A program made the translations under genes and the position numbers. The notes under the pieces are model-generated. The model was not told where the DNA came from. It searched no databases and saw only the letters and a list, made by a program, of their open reading frames with translations. Of a DNA stretch of 64,000 nucleotides, positions 18,263 through 27,597 are shown in pieces. The stretch lies in NCBI GenBank assembly GCA_965263035.1, contig OZ253580.1, forward strand, positions 5,472,001 through 5,536,000, in the 5' to 3' direction. Positions within the stretch are counted from its first letter, which is position 1. Each line of letters begins with the position of its first letter. Source of the DNA: Acidobacteriota bacterium (GTDB lineage: Bacteria; Acidobacteriota; UBA6911; RPQK01; JAJDTT01).

Positions 18263-20258
18263 CCCGGATTATTCATCACGCAAACATAAAATGAGCAAGC
18301 GTGCCCGTCATGTCGAGTCGGATCAGAGGGTTACCGGATACCCACAGAAAACGGCTGGGACCCGACCTGGGTGAAACTCTATATTAGTTTTCAACGTCGG
18401 TTTAAACTCAGGATTCAAGGGGGGCCGAAACCCAAGTATTTCCACGGTTTGCGTCCCCTCCAAGGGTGGCAAAAAGAGGTGGCGTGCCCGTCATTTGTGG
18501 TATAGTTATAGTGCTAAGAAACAACCACAAAGAACGGAGCACGCCATGCCTGAGACGATACCGCAGATCCGGCCCTCATTCAACCGATCCCTCCGCCTCG
18601 AGACCCGCCCCGAGTTGCTCAGTGCGGACACGGGAGCCCTGGTGCAGCGGGAGCTGATGGATCGCAGCGGCCTCATCGACTGGTTGACCGGGCGGTTGCA
18701 CGATCCGCGACACCCGAGTTCGATCCGCTATCCGCTGTCGGATCTGCTGCGGACTCGACTCCTGCTGCTGGGGCAGGGCTGGCGCGACCAGTCCGACGCC
18801 GACCGCCTGCGTCAGGATCCGAGCTTGCGGGTGGCGAGCGAGACTCGTCGGGGCACGGCGGCCTTGGAGGAGGGCCAGGGGCTGGCGTCGCAGCCGACCT
18901 TGTCCCGACTGCTGGACACGCTCAGCCGGGAGGAGAACCTTCCGGTCCTGCACCAGGCGGTGACGGAGCTGGCGTGCCGTCGGATCGAGATGATCGAAGG
19001 CCAGCGGCGAAAACGGGGGAAAAAGACCCCACGGAAGAAGAGACGGAAAAAGACGATGGTCCTGGACGTGGACGGTCTCCCGGTCGAGGTCCATGGGCAT
19101 CCCCCGGGAAGCGAATGGAACGGATACTATCGCCAGCGGATGTACCACGGGTTGGTGGCGAGTTGTGCCGAGACGGGGGACCTGATCGACGGGGAGATTT
19201 TTCCGGGAGCCAGCTACCTGGGGAAAAAGGCGCTGAAGTTGACGCTACGGGTGGTGGACCACTGTCGCGGGCGTCTGTGCGGCTCGATGATCGTGCGGAT
19301 GGATGCGGGGTTCCCGGAGCCGGGGCTGCTGAAGGGGCTGGAGTCGAGAAGCGTGCCCTATATCGCTCGAATCCGCAAGAATGAGGTCCTGAACCGGATG
19401 GCGAAGCCCTACTTGACCCAGCCGGCGGGGCGGTCCCCGAAAGCACCGCCGAGGCTCTGGTTCCATGAGCTGACCTACCAGGCGGAGAGTTGGGATCGGG
19501 CGCGCCGGGTGGTGCTGGTGGTGCGGGAGCGACCGGGGGAGTTGTATCCGGATCATTTCTGGTTGCTGACGAGCCTGAGCCGGAAGCGTTATGAGGCGGA
19601 AGCGTTGCTGGCGCGGTACCGCAAACGGGGGAAGGCGGAAGGCCACATGGGGGAGTTCATGGACGTGCTCGATCCGGCCTTGTCCTCCGCGAGCCGGCCC
19701 AAGACGCACTATCGGGGCAAACCGCTGAAGCCGGGAGCGAAGCCGGAAGCGACGACGGAGGCCGGAGTTCGACCCCACAACGAAGTCTTGTTCCTGCTGA
19801 ATCTGCTGGGGTACGAGATCCTGCACCTGGGTCGGGTGCTGATGGAGCAGGCGACGCGTCGGGGCTGGAGTCTGCGTCGTTTTCGCGAGCGGGTGTTGCG
19901 AGTGGCGAGTCGGGCGCTACGTCAGGGGAGGCGATTGATTTTCGTCATCAGTCAAGGGGCGACGGACTGGAAGCGGTTGTGGCAGAGACTGGCGCGGGTG
20001 TCCTGGGCGCCGGGATAGGGGACGGCGGAGGCATCGGGCCCGTGGAAGGGACCGAAACGGTGGGGATTTCTCACCGGAAAGTCAACCTGTCGGCGGGTGA
20101 CGGCCCCCTTGGCCGTTAAACGGTTTATGACTGGTTCAATCGTCCTGTTTTCGAGCCGATTCAGTCGAATCGACAGAGGTTCAAGAGAAACCGGGCTGCG
20201 ACCGCACGAAAACGCCGGGTTGGAAGCCCTTATCAACATGTCCCATGAATAATCTGGG
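18263..20258 (+). mobile_element. IS1380-family insertion sequence
   Basis: TIRs CCCGGATTATTCAT / ATGAATAATCTGGG; 5-bp TSD GTCAC. Confidence 0.9.
18546..20018 (+). CDS. IS1380-family DDE transposase
   Basis: LASQPTLSRL, LDVDG..VHG..WNGYY, VRMDAGF, YRKRGKAE. Confidence 0.9.
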   Translation: MPETIPQIRPSFNRSLRLETRPELLSADTGALVQRELMDRSGLIDWLTGRLHDPRHPSSIRYPLSDLLRTRLLLLGQGWRDQSDADRLRQDPSLRVASETRRGTAALEEGQGLASQPTLSRLLDTLSREENLPVLHQAVTELACRRIEMIEGQRRKRGKKTPRKKRRKKTMVLDVDGLPVEVHGHPPGSEWNGYYRQRMYHGLVASCAETGDLIDGEIFPGASYLGKKALKLTLRVVDHCRGRLCGSMIVRMDAGFPEPGLLKGLESRSVPYIARIRKNEVLNRMAKPYLTQPAGRSPKAPPRLWFHELTYQAESWDRARRVVLVVRERPGELYPDHFWLLTSLSRKRYEAEALLARYRKRGKAEGHMGEFMDVLDPALSSASRPKTHYRGKPLKPGAKPEATTEAGVRPHNEVLFLLNLLGYEILHLGRVLMEQATRRGWSLRRFRERVLRVASRALRQGRRLIFVISQGATDWKRLWQRLARVSWAPG

Positions 20259-20386
20259 GTCACTGTGGGAACAGCACTGCTACGCTGGATGGGAAAAGAA
20301 GCACTTGATCGAAGTATTTGAGCAGACGTATAACAGACTTGGGATTAAAGAGATCAGACGCTTTTGGCGACAGCCGTCGTAATGTA

Positions 20387-22040
20387 GTTCCCATCCGGAA
20401 AGACGTAAGTTATTGGGAAATAAGGAGTAAGGAGACATTTTCAAGCCCCGGTTTTGTCATAGTCATTTGTTAGTCTGTTGGTCCCAAACAATAGACAACA
20501 AAAGACTTACGCAAAACCGAGGGCTTGAACAATGCGTCGAAAACGGCAAAGCCAGCGTCCGCTTTCCGGACTCTGGCCCGATCACCGACTCGCGCAGGAA
20601 CTGAGAGCCGTTTCCAAAATCTTGGATGACAACCCTTCGATCCTGGAACTGGTTCTACACGATCTGTGTGACACCGGCAGTTCCGGCCAAGGGGCTCCAG
20701 GTCTCTCCGCAGAGCAGGTCCTGCGCTCGGCCATCCTCAAGAACTGGCATCAGCTGTCCTACGCCAAGTTGGCGTTTCTCTTGAGCGACTCCCAAAGTTT
20801 TTGTCGCTTCGCCCGCCTGTCCTGGCACTGGTCCCCCAGTGCTTCCTGTCTGCAGGAGAACATCAGCCGCATCCAGGCCTCCACCTGGGGACAGATCAAC
20901 CGGCTCCTGGTCGGTTGGGCCGACCGCCAGGGACTGGAGCGGGGCCGCAAGATTCGAGCCGATGCCACCGCGGTGGAAAGTCACATCCCCTATCCGACCG
21001 ATTCCCAGTTGCTGTCCGACGCGATTCGGGTCCTCACTCGAACCCTTCGCAGGCTGGCCCAGCGTCAAAAGATCGTCTTCCATGATCACCAGCTCCGGGC
21101 CAAGCGTCGCTGTATGAACATCCGAAGCCACCGGGGCGCACGGCGCCGCCGAGCGTATCGGGATCTGTTGAAGGTCGCTCGCAAGACCGCTCATTACACC
21201 CGGATGCCGCTGCAGCAAGCTCACCTGTGGACGGATCCCCGCAGTCAGGTCAGGGCCGGGAAACTGCGCTATTACTTGGACTTGATGACGCGGATCATCG
21301 ATCAGACCGAGCGCAGGGTCCTGCACGGGGAGTCGGTTCCGGCCCAGGAAAAGGTCCGCTCTCTGTTTGAGGAGCACACCGACATCATCAAGAAGAAACG
21401 GCGGGAGACGGTCTTCGGGTACAAGCTGTACCTGACCAGTGGCGTCTCCGGCCTGATTCTGGATTTTGAGGTCGTGCGAGGGAACCCCAACGATGCCGCT
21501 CAGTTCCAGCCTTGGCTCACGCGTCAGTTCGACCTGTACGGCCGCTGGCCTCGACAGGCCAGCTTCGATGGTTGCTTCGCCTCCAAGGCCAACCTGCAAT
21601 GGGCGAAGGACCAAGGCATCCGAGACGTCGCCTTCGCCAAGAAACGTGGATTGAAGGTTCAAAAGATGGCGCGCTCCAGTTGAGTCTACCGGCAACTGCG
21701 ACGCTTTCGGGCCGGGATCGAAGGTTGCATCTCGATGCTCAAGCGCGTCTTCGGTCTTCGACGCTGCACCTGGAAAGGCTGGGCCCACTTTCAGCAGTAT
21801 GTGGGCCTCTCGATCACCAGCTTCAACTTGCTGGTCCTGGCCCGCCTGCTGTTGTAGCCGCAGCCTTGAAATTCATAGCCAGACGGCGGCTTCCAGGGAC
21901 CCGTGTGTCCAAAACCCGATGCCGACCCTCAAAGGAGTCGAAAATCCTTCTGTCGGCCCAGCCGACGCCGCTCTATTGCAGCTTTTTGTCCATGCCTCAC
22001 CCTATCCAATCCCCGAAAATCGGACTTTCCGGGTGAGAAC
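20387..22040 (+). mobile_element. ISNCY-like (ISDol1-group-like) insertion sequence
   Basis: TIR GTTCCCATCCGGAAAG / CTTTCCGGGTGAGAAC; 7-bp TSD TAATGTA (20380-20386, 22041-22047). Confidence 0.8.
20532..21857 (+). pseudogene. ISNCY/IS5-like transposase with premature TGA at 21681
   Basis: RADATAVESHIPYPTD, EKVRSLFEEHTDII; frame continues after TGA as VYRQLRRFRAGIEGCISMLKR to TAG 21857. Confidence 0.8.
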
Positions 22041-22048
22041 TAATGTAG

Positions 22049-22417
22049 TCACGAGAGCTGGTTGAGTTCTTGCTGTAGCTTAACCAGCTCTCGTAGTTTC
22101 TCCTCATCTGAGAGCTTGGGGTTGTGGTAGATATCCAACATGTCGCAGCCCAAACGCAGGACGGAAAGCGGCGTGCCCAGATTTTGTATGAGAGCCTGGA
22201 ACTGTGGGATTAGCTCTTTCATCTGACCATCAAGTTGTCTCGCTTCTGGCACTTCAGCAAAAGCGGCGCGAATCAGACTCAAGGCGGCGCTGGTTGTCCT
22301 GTCGAAAGTACGTACTGATTCCTGGCTAGACAAAATCAGTTCCCGGGCCATCTTGGTCGTGGTGGAAGCCTTTAGACGAGTTGGCCTGGACTTCACAAAG
22401 CCAATCTGTTTCTTCAT
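22049..22417 (-). CDS. Hypothetical protein
   Basis: 122-aa helical-looking ORF in the AT-richer cargo; no recognised motif. Confidence 0.45.
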   Translation of the reverse strand: MKKQIGFVKSRPTRLKASTTTKMARELILSSQESVRTFDRTTSAALSLIRAAFAEVPEARQLDGQMKELIPQFQALIQNLGTPLSVLRLGCDMLDIYHNPKLSDEEKLRELVKLQQELNQLS

Positions 22418-22770
22418 ATGCGTCTTTTTTCTTTACTTATGCCAGATGGCAGCAAAACGTGCTACGCTTTATTTCTCCCCAAGCTGGAGGTGCAGAATGA
22501 CGATTTCTGACATTCTTGATAGCATGGTCAATGATGCCGAAAGCATCATTGACACCCTCCTCGTATCCAGATCGGTCCGACGCAGTAACCTTCCCAAGAG
22601 AAAACTCCTGTTCTTTCCGGTCGAGCAGGATGAGACGTTCCTGGCTTCATCACTGATTCCTCCTCCGGATAGTAGCAGATCCTCCACCATCCATGTAACT
22701 CCCAAACCGGTCATCGGACGACGAACGAAACAATCCATTCGACTATCGCCCAAAGTATTGCGCTTATATT

Positions 22771-22911
22771 CTAAACTAGAGTTTTCAGGGCAGAGGGAAT
22801 GACCACCATCGTGAACACGGCCACCACAAGAACAGCGATGATCGCCACTATCCTTACGATCACCCACAGAACGACTCCTGCGCCGCCGTTATAGGTTTCC
22901 TGATTTCTCAT
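22771..22911 (-). CDS. Small single-TM membrane protein (possibly truncated)
   Basis: GGAGG RBS; MRNQETYNGGAGVVLWVIVRIVAIIAVLVVAVFTMVVIPSALKTLV; hydrophobic frame continues after TAG. Confidence 0.4.
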   Translation of the reverse strand: MRNQETYNGGAGVVLWVIVRIVAIIAVLVVAVFTMVVIPSALKTLV

Positions 22912-22941
22912 TAACGATCTCTGCCTCCATTTTTACAGGGA

Positions 22942-23180
22942 CTACCTCGGCACTAGTACGACTCCATCGCTGGACGGGCGCTTCTCCTCGAACCCCTTCT
23001 GGAACTCCCGAAACATCTCGTCCACTTCGGTCCCCCGCGAACAGAGTTCCTTTTCCAGAGCCTTGGTGAACGTTGTCTCCGTCGTGTTCATCAAGTCCGA
23101 ATGGATTTCAGGACCAAAGTGTTCCGCTAAGAATGTAACGAACAAATTCCCTCCGTGGTAAAGGTTGGTGATGGCAATAG
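22942..23180 (-). pseudogene. C-terminal fragment resembling peptidase MA-like domain
   Basis: LYHGGNLFVTFLAEHFGPE...FTKALEKEL...EMFREF; no credible N-terminus. Confidence 0.35.
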
Positions 23181-23262
23181 TGAGCGACGAGTCCAACCCC
23201 CAACAGCAAGAAAACGCTCCCCTCGCCGACCACTGATGTAATCCAATTACGCATCGGCACCT

Positions 23263-23553
23263 GCCGTCACCTGGGCTCTTGAGCACGCGATTTCACTCAA
23301 CTCTGGAGGCATCGCCGGGCCGATGCAACTGGCAGTTCTGGAGAAGAAGTCAAGAAGGCCTGACGCCCATCTCCTGTCGGATGACGAACTTGATGACCAC
23401 AAGGCAAATGCGAAAGACGCCGAAGCCTATCTTGGCGAGTACCAGATCATGGAAAAGAAGGTACTTCCACCAGTGAAACAGATCCCCAAACGTTCCAAAC
23501 TTTCTCGTCGACAACGGAAAATGCAGAAGGCGAAGCGAGCGAAACGGGGCTGA
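23263..23553 (+). pseudogene. C-terminal fragment resembling a proteasome-type (Ntn) protease-like protein
   Basis: AVTWALEHAISLNSGGIAGPMQLAVLEK...; 5' part missing. Confidence 0.35.
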
Positions 23554-23703
23554 CTCTACCCCCCCCTGCATATCGAGACCCAAAGTCCTCTCCAACATTC
23601 TACGGCCCCACTACCCGCCGGGCCATAATCGAGCCGGATGGCGTTGACCCGCAAGGGGGCTTCTGTAAGGCTTCTACGGGATGATGACGGCGAGGATTCG
23701 GGC

Positions 23704-25053
23704 ATGAAACCGTTGGCGGTGATATTGGTTCTGTTGGTGACTGTTGCGGCCGGTTGGGCCGTCGCCACTTGGGACTCGTCGCCTCCCGAAGTTCTTTGGA
23801 TCGATCCGCCCCGAATCGTGGGGCCCAAGACGGAGATCCAGGTAGAGGCCAGAGATCAAGGCCGGGGCCTCAAGTCCCTGCGGCTCCTGCTTCGCCAGCA
23901 GGGAAGAGAACGGGTGGTGCACGAAGAGAACTTCGACGAGGCCGGTTTTCTCTGGACGGACGGGACTCTCGAGCGCCGGCTGGAGCTCCGTGTGTCCGAT
24001 CTCGCCCCGCGTGACGAACTGGCAGAAGGCCAGTTCACGCTGGAGACTCAGGTCCAGGACCACGCGAGTCTGGGACTCTGGTCACGGGAAACGGTCGAGG
24101 AACAGACCTTCCATTTAGACCGTACCCCTCCTCGAATTGAGGTTCTCTCCAACCAGCACTATATCCGTCAGGGCGGATCCGCCGCCGTCCGGTACAGATT
24201 GTCCGAGGCGGTCCATTCCAGCGGAATCCAAGTGGGGGACCGGATCTACGCGGGGTACCCCGTCCCCTCCCAAGAAGACGGCGTCTACATCTGTCTTTTC
24301 GCCCTGGGTCACGATCAGAACAGAGAAACCCCCATGACGGTATGGGCCCAGGACGCGGCCGGTAACCGGGGCCGGGAAAACTTTTGGAAGAAGGTATTTC
24401 CGGGCCGTTTCCGAAAGCGAAACCTCAATATCTCCGACCGCTTCATGGAGCGGGTCCTCCCTCGGATAACGGAGCGTAGCGACCAGGTCAGGGCAACCTC
24501 CGATTCACTGGAGACGTTTCTCGAGGTCAACGGATCGTTGCGCCGAGTCAACAACCGGCAGATTGCCGAGATGGCTGCCCAGAGCGCCGCCACGCCTCTC
24601 TGGACCGAGGAGTTTCTGCAGTTGAGCAATTCCCAGGTTGAATCGTCCTTTGCCGACTTCCGCTCCTACTTCTACCGAGGGAAGATGGTGGACGAACAGA
24701 CTCACCTGGGATTCGATCTGGCCTCGCTGGCTCAGGCTCCGGTGGAGTGCTCCAATGACGGCGTCGTCATCTATGCCGACTATCTGGGGATCTACGGCAA
24801 CACCGTGGTCGTGGATCACGGTCTCGGCCTCCAGTCGCTTTATGCTCACCTGAGCCGTTTCGACGTGGAGGTGGGAGAAGAGGTTCGGAAGCGGCAATCG
24901 CTGGGACGGACCGGCCAGACCGGCTTGGCGGGTGGGGACCACCTGCACTTCACCATGGTCCTCCATGGCACTCAGGTGAACCCGATCGAGTGGTGGGACC
25001 CGGCCTGGGTCCGGAAGCGGGTCCTGTCCAGGCTGGCCCCTCCCGGGGAATGA
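23704..25053 (+). CDS. M23 family metallopeptidase
   Basis: HLGFDLA, YGNTVVVDHG, YAHL, GDHLHF; N-terminal TM. Confidence 0.9.
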   Translation: MKPLAVILVLLVTVAAGWAVATWDSSPPEVLWIDPPRIVGPKTEIQVEARDQGRGLKSLRLLLRQQGRERVVHEENFDEAGFLWTDGTLERRLELRVSDLAPRDELAEGQFTLETQVQDHASLGLWSRETVEEQTFHLDRTPPRIEVLSNQHYIRQGGSAAVRYRLSEAVHSSGIQVGDRIYAGYPVPSQEDGVYICLFALGHDQNRETPMTVWAQDAAGNRGRENFWKKVFPGRFRKRNLNISDRFMERVLPRITERSDQVRATSDSLETFLEVNGSLRRVNNRQIAEMAAQSAATPLWTEEFLQLSNSQVESSFADFRSYFYRGKMVDEQTHLGFDLASLAQAPVECSNDGVVIYADYLGIYGNTVVVDHGLGLQSLYAHLSRFDVEVGEEVRKRQSLGRTGQTGLAGGDHLHFTMVLHGTQVNPIEWWDPAWVRKRVLSRLAPPGE

Positions 25054-25056
25054 GAC

Positions 25057-25194
25057 AGGAGGGGCGACTTTCTTGTCGCCTGCTCTTCTGCCGGAAAGTG
25101 TACAGGGGGGACTCCGTCCTCCCTTGACCCCCCTGTCGGCGACAAGAAAGTCGCCGCTCCACCCCCCTATCGGCGGCAAGAAAGCCGCCGCTCC
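25057..25194. repeat. Cluster of three REP-like palindromes between convergent genes
   Basis: GGAGGGGCGACTTTCTTGTCGCC plus two inverted GGCG(A/G)CAAGAAAG(T/C)CGCCGCTCC copies. Confidence 0.7.
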
Positions 25195-26132
25195 TATTCC
25201 GCGTAGACCGGATGGCTAAGGTAGCGTTCGCCCAGGTCGCAGACCATGGCGACGACCCGGGCGCCTTTCCCCAACCTTCGGGCGATTCGGAGCGCGGCCC
25301 AGCAGTTGGACCCGGATGAGATGCCCGCGAAGATGCCCTCTTTGCGAGCCAGATTCCGGGTGACCCGGCGGGCGTCCTCGAACTGGACGCGGATGATCTC
25401 GTCGATGACATCGCGATTCAGGACCGACGGGACGAATCCGGCTCCGATGCCCTGGATCTCGTGGGGCCCTGGCTCTCCACCCGACAGCACCGGGGAGTCC
25501 GCCGGCTCGACGGCGACGATCAGGACGTCTCCCAATTCCTGTTTCAGGACCTCGCCCACACCGGTGATGGTGCCTCCCGTACCGACGCCAGCCACGAACG
25601 CATCCAATCTCCTGTCCGTTGCCTCCAGAATTTCCTGGGCCGTGGTGAGACGGTGAATTCTTGGATTAGCCGGATTGTTGAATTGCTGCGGCATGTAGGC
25701 GTCGGGAAGCCGATTCACCAGCTCTTCCGCCCTGTCGATGGCGGCGGTCATTCCGCGGATCTCGGGGGTCAGGACCAGTTCGGCCCCCATGGCCTGAAGA
25801 ACCCGCCTGCGTTCCATGGACATGGTGTCGGGCATGGTCAGGATCAGGCGGTACCCCATGACGGCCGCAGCCATGGCCAGGCCGATCCCCGTGTTTCCAC
25901 TGGTAGGCTCGACGATGACGGTCTTTCCCGGATGGATCCTGCCCTCGTCCTGCGCCTGTTTCAGCATGGCGTAGGCGATCCTGTCCTTGACGCTGAAGGA
26001 GGGGTTCAGGGACTCCAACTTCAGCAGGACCTCGGCCGATCCGGGACGAGTCAGGCGCTGGACCCGGACCAACGGCGTGTTGCCGATCAGTTCGAGGATG
26101 TTGTTTGCCAGTAGAGGGCGATGGCGGGGCAT
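25194..26132 (-). CDS. cysK: Cysteine synthase A
   Basis: IGNTPLV, SVKDRIA, EPTSGNTG, GVGTGGT, HEIQGIG, GERYLS. Confidence 0.95.
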   Translation of the reverse strand: MPRHRPLLANNILELIGNTPLVRVQRLTRPGSAEVLLKLESLNPSFSVKDRIAYAMLKQAQDEGRIHPGKTVIVEPTSGNTGIGLAMAAAVMGYRLILTMPDTMSMERRRVLQAMGAELVLTPEIRGMTAAIDRAEELVNRLPDAYMPQQFNNPANPRIHRLTTAQEILEATDRRLDAFVAGVGTGGTITGVGEVLKQELGDVLIVAVEPADSPVLSGGEPGPHEIQGIGAGFVPSVLNRDVIDEIIRVQFEDARRVTRNLARKEGIFAGISSGSNCWAALRIARRLGKGARVVAMVCDLGERYLSHPVYAE

Positions 26133-26171
26133 GGGTAAAGTTGGATAATGGCCATCCGGCCAGGTCCGATG

Positions 26172-27593
26172 TCAGGCCAGGATCTCGTGGACCACGCGGC
26201 CGTGGACGTCGGTGAGACTCTCGTCGCGGCCCCCGAAACGATAGATCAGGCGCTCATGGTCCAGCCCCAGGAGGTGCAGGATGGTGGCGTGGAGGTCGTG
26301 GACAGAGGTCTTGTTTTCCACCACGGTCTTGCCGATCTCGTCGGTTTGACCATACAGGGTCCCGCCTTTGATTCCTCCTCCGGCCATCCAGATGGTGAAC
26401 GCCGTCTCCAGGTGATCGCGCCCGTCCCCGTTTCCGGTGTCCGGCGTGCGGCCGAACTCGGTGCCCCAGATGACCAGGGTCTCCTCCAACATCCCTCTGG
26501 ATTTGAGGTCCTTGATCAGGGCGGCCACTGCCTGATCCGCCACCAGGGCGTTCCCCTCATGTCCCTTCTTCAGGATCGTGTGCTGATCCCAGGTGCCGTT
26601 GGTGGCGCCGAAAAGCACGGGTGGAGTCACCTCGACGAATCGGACGCCGGACTCGATCAGGCGACGCGCCCGGAGGCATTGCAGGGCATAGTTCCGCTGG
26701 TCCTTATTGGAGGTGTCCAGCCCGTAGAGCCGTTGGGTGGCTTCGGTCTCGCGAGACAGGTCCAGCACATCGGGGACCAGGGACTGCATCCGGTAGGCCA
26801 TTTCGTAGTTGCGGATGGCCGACTCGATGGCGTCGTTTTTTCCGGCCTCGGCCAGAAACTCCCGGTCCTGGTCCAGCAGCACCGACAACTTGGTGTTCTG
26901 CACAGCACTTTCGTCGGCCGGAACCAGGTTCTCGATGGGTGTCCCCTCCGCCTTCACCGGCAACGCCTGATGGGTTGCGGGAAGGAAACCGTTGGAGAAG
27001 TTTTCCAATCCTCCCGGCGGGATCGACGTGCTTTCCGGATGGAGAAGGACGTAGCCGGGCAGGTTCTTGTTCTCGCTTCCCAGTGCATAGGTGATCCAGG
27101 ATCCCAGACTCGGGTAACCCCCGACGTTGCGGCCGGTGTGGAACAGGATGTTGCCTCGCGGGTGCAGGGGGAAGTTGGAGACCATGGAACGAACGATCGC
27201 CAGGTCGTCCACGCAGGTGGCGATGTGGGGGAAGAGCTCACTGACCGCGATTCCCGCCTTGCCGTATTTCTTGAAGGTCCAGGGACAGCCCTGATAGGTG
27301 CGGATCCCGTCTCCGGAGAGCTGGCCGTGCAGCTCGTTGAGCTTGGGTTTGGGATCGAAGGTATCCATGTGCGAGACGCCGCCCGGCATGAAGCAGAGGA
27401 TGACGTTCTTGACCTTGGGCTGAAAATGCGTCGGTGGCGTCGGGACCAGGCCCGCATAGGCGTCTTCAGCCATGAGGGCGGAAAGGGCGGTCAGTCCAAA
27501 CCCGTTGGCGCTCAGCGACAGCATCCGGCGCCGACTGAGCGGAGTGCCGATGCAACCCGGACACCCGTCTTGTTCCTTGATTCCCTGGGTCAT
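26172..27593 (-). CDS. DUF1501 domain protein (Tat-exported)
   Basis: SRRRML Tat-like signal; [31 protein letters not shown]. Confidence 0.9.
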   Translation of the reverse strand: MTQGIKEQDGCPGCIGTPLSRRRMLSLSANGFGLTALSALMAEDAYAGLVPTPPTHFQPKVKNVILCFMPGGVSHMDTFDPKPKLNELHGQLSGDGIRTYQGCPWTFKKYGKAGIAVSELFPHIATCVDDLAIVRSMVSNFPLHPRGNILFHTGRNVGGYPSLGSWITYALGSENKNLPGYVLLHPESTSIPPGGLENFSNGFLPATHQALPVKAEGTPIENLVPADESAVQNTKLSVLLDQDREFLAEAGKNDAIESAIRNYEMAYRMQSLVPDVLDLSRETEATQRLYGLDTSNKDQRNYALQCLRARRLIESGVRFVEVTPPVLFGATNGTWDQHTILKKGHEGNALVADQAVAALIKDLKSRGMLEETLVIWGTEFGRTPDTGNGDGRDHLETAFTIWMAGGGIKGGTLYGQTDEIGKTVVENKTSVHDLHATILHLLGLDHERLIYRFGGRDESLTDVHGRVVHEILA

Positions 27594-27597
27594 GACA

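Larger units (their letters stand above)
17464..20382 (+). pseudogene. DUF5677-like protein interrupted by IS1380
   Basis: RSVLE and YRVLSAAAH motifs; removing the IS and one GTCAC copy restores ...AKSLWEQHCYAGW...RRFWRQPS-TAA(20382). Confidence 0.65.
17173..23613. mobile_element. Non-autonomous cargo element bounded by ~33-bp TIRs and a 10-bp direct repeat
   Basis: Left CAGTGGGGCCGTGGAATGCTGGGGAAGACCTTG vs right (rev-comp) TAGTGGGGCCGTAGAATGTTGGAGAGGACTTTG; CCCGCCGGGC at 17161-17170 and 23614-23623; AT-richer interior. Confidence 0.7.

Noticed and set aside
21681-21683. In-frame TGA in the transposase as a second Sec or recoding site
   Set aside because: The context fits a Trp codon mutation, transposases are not redox enzymes, and no convincing hairpin follows
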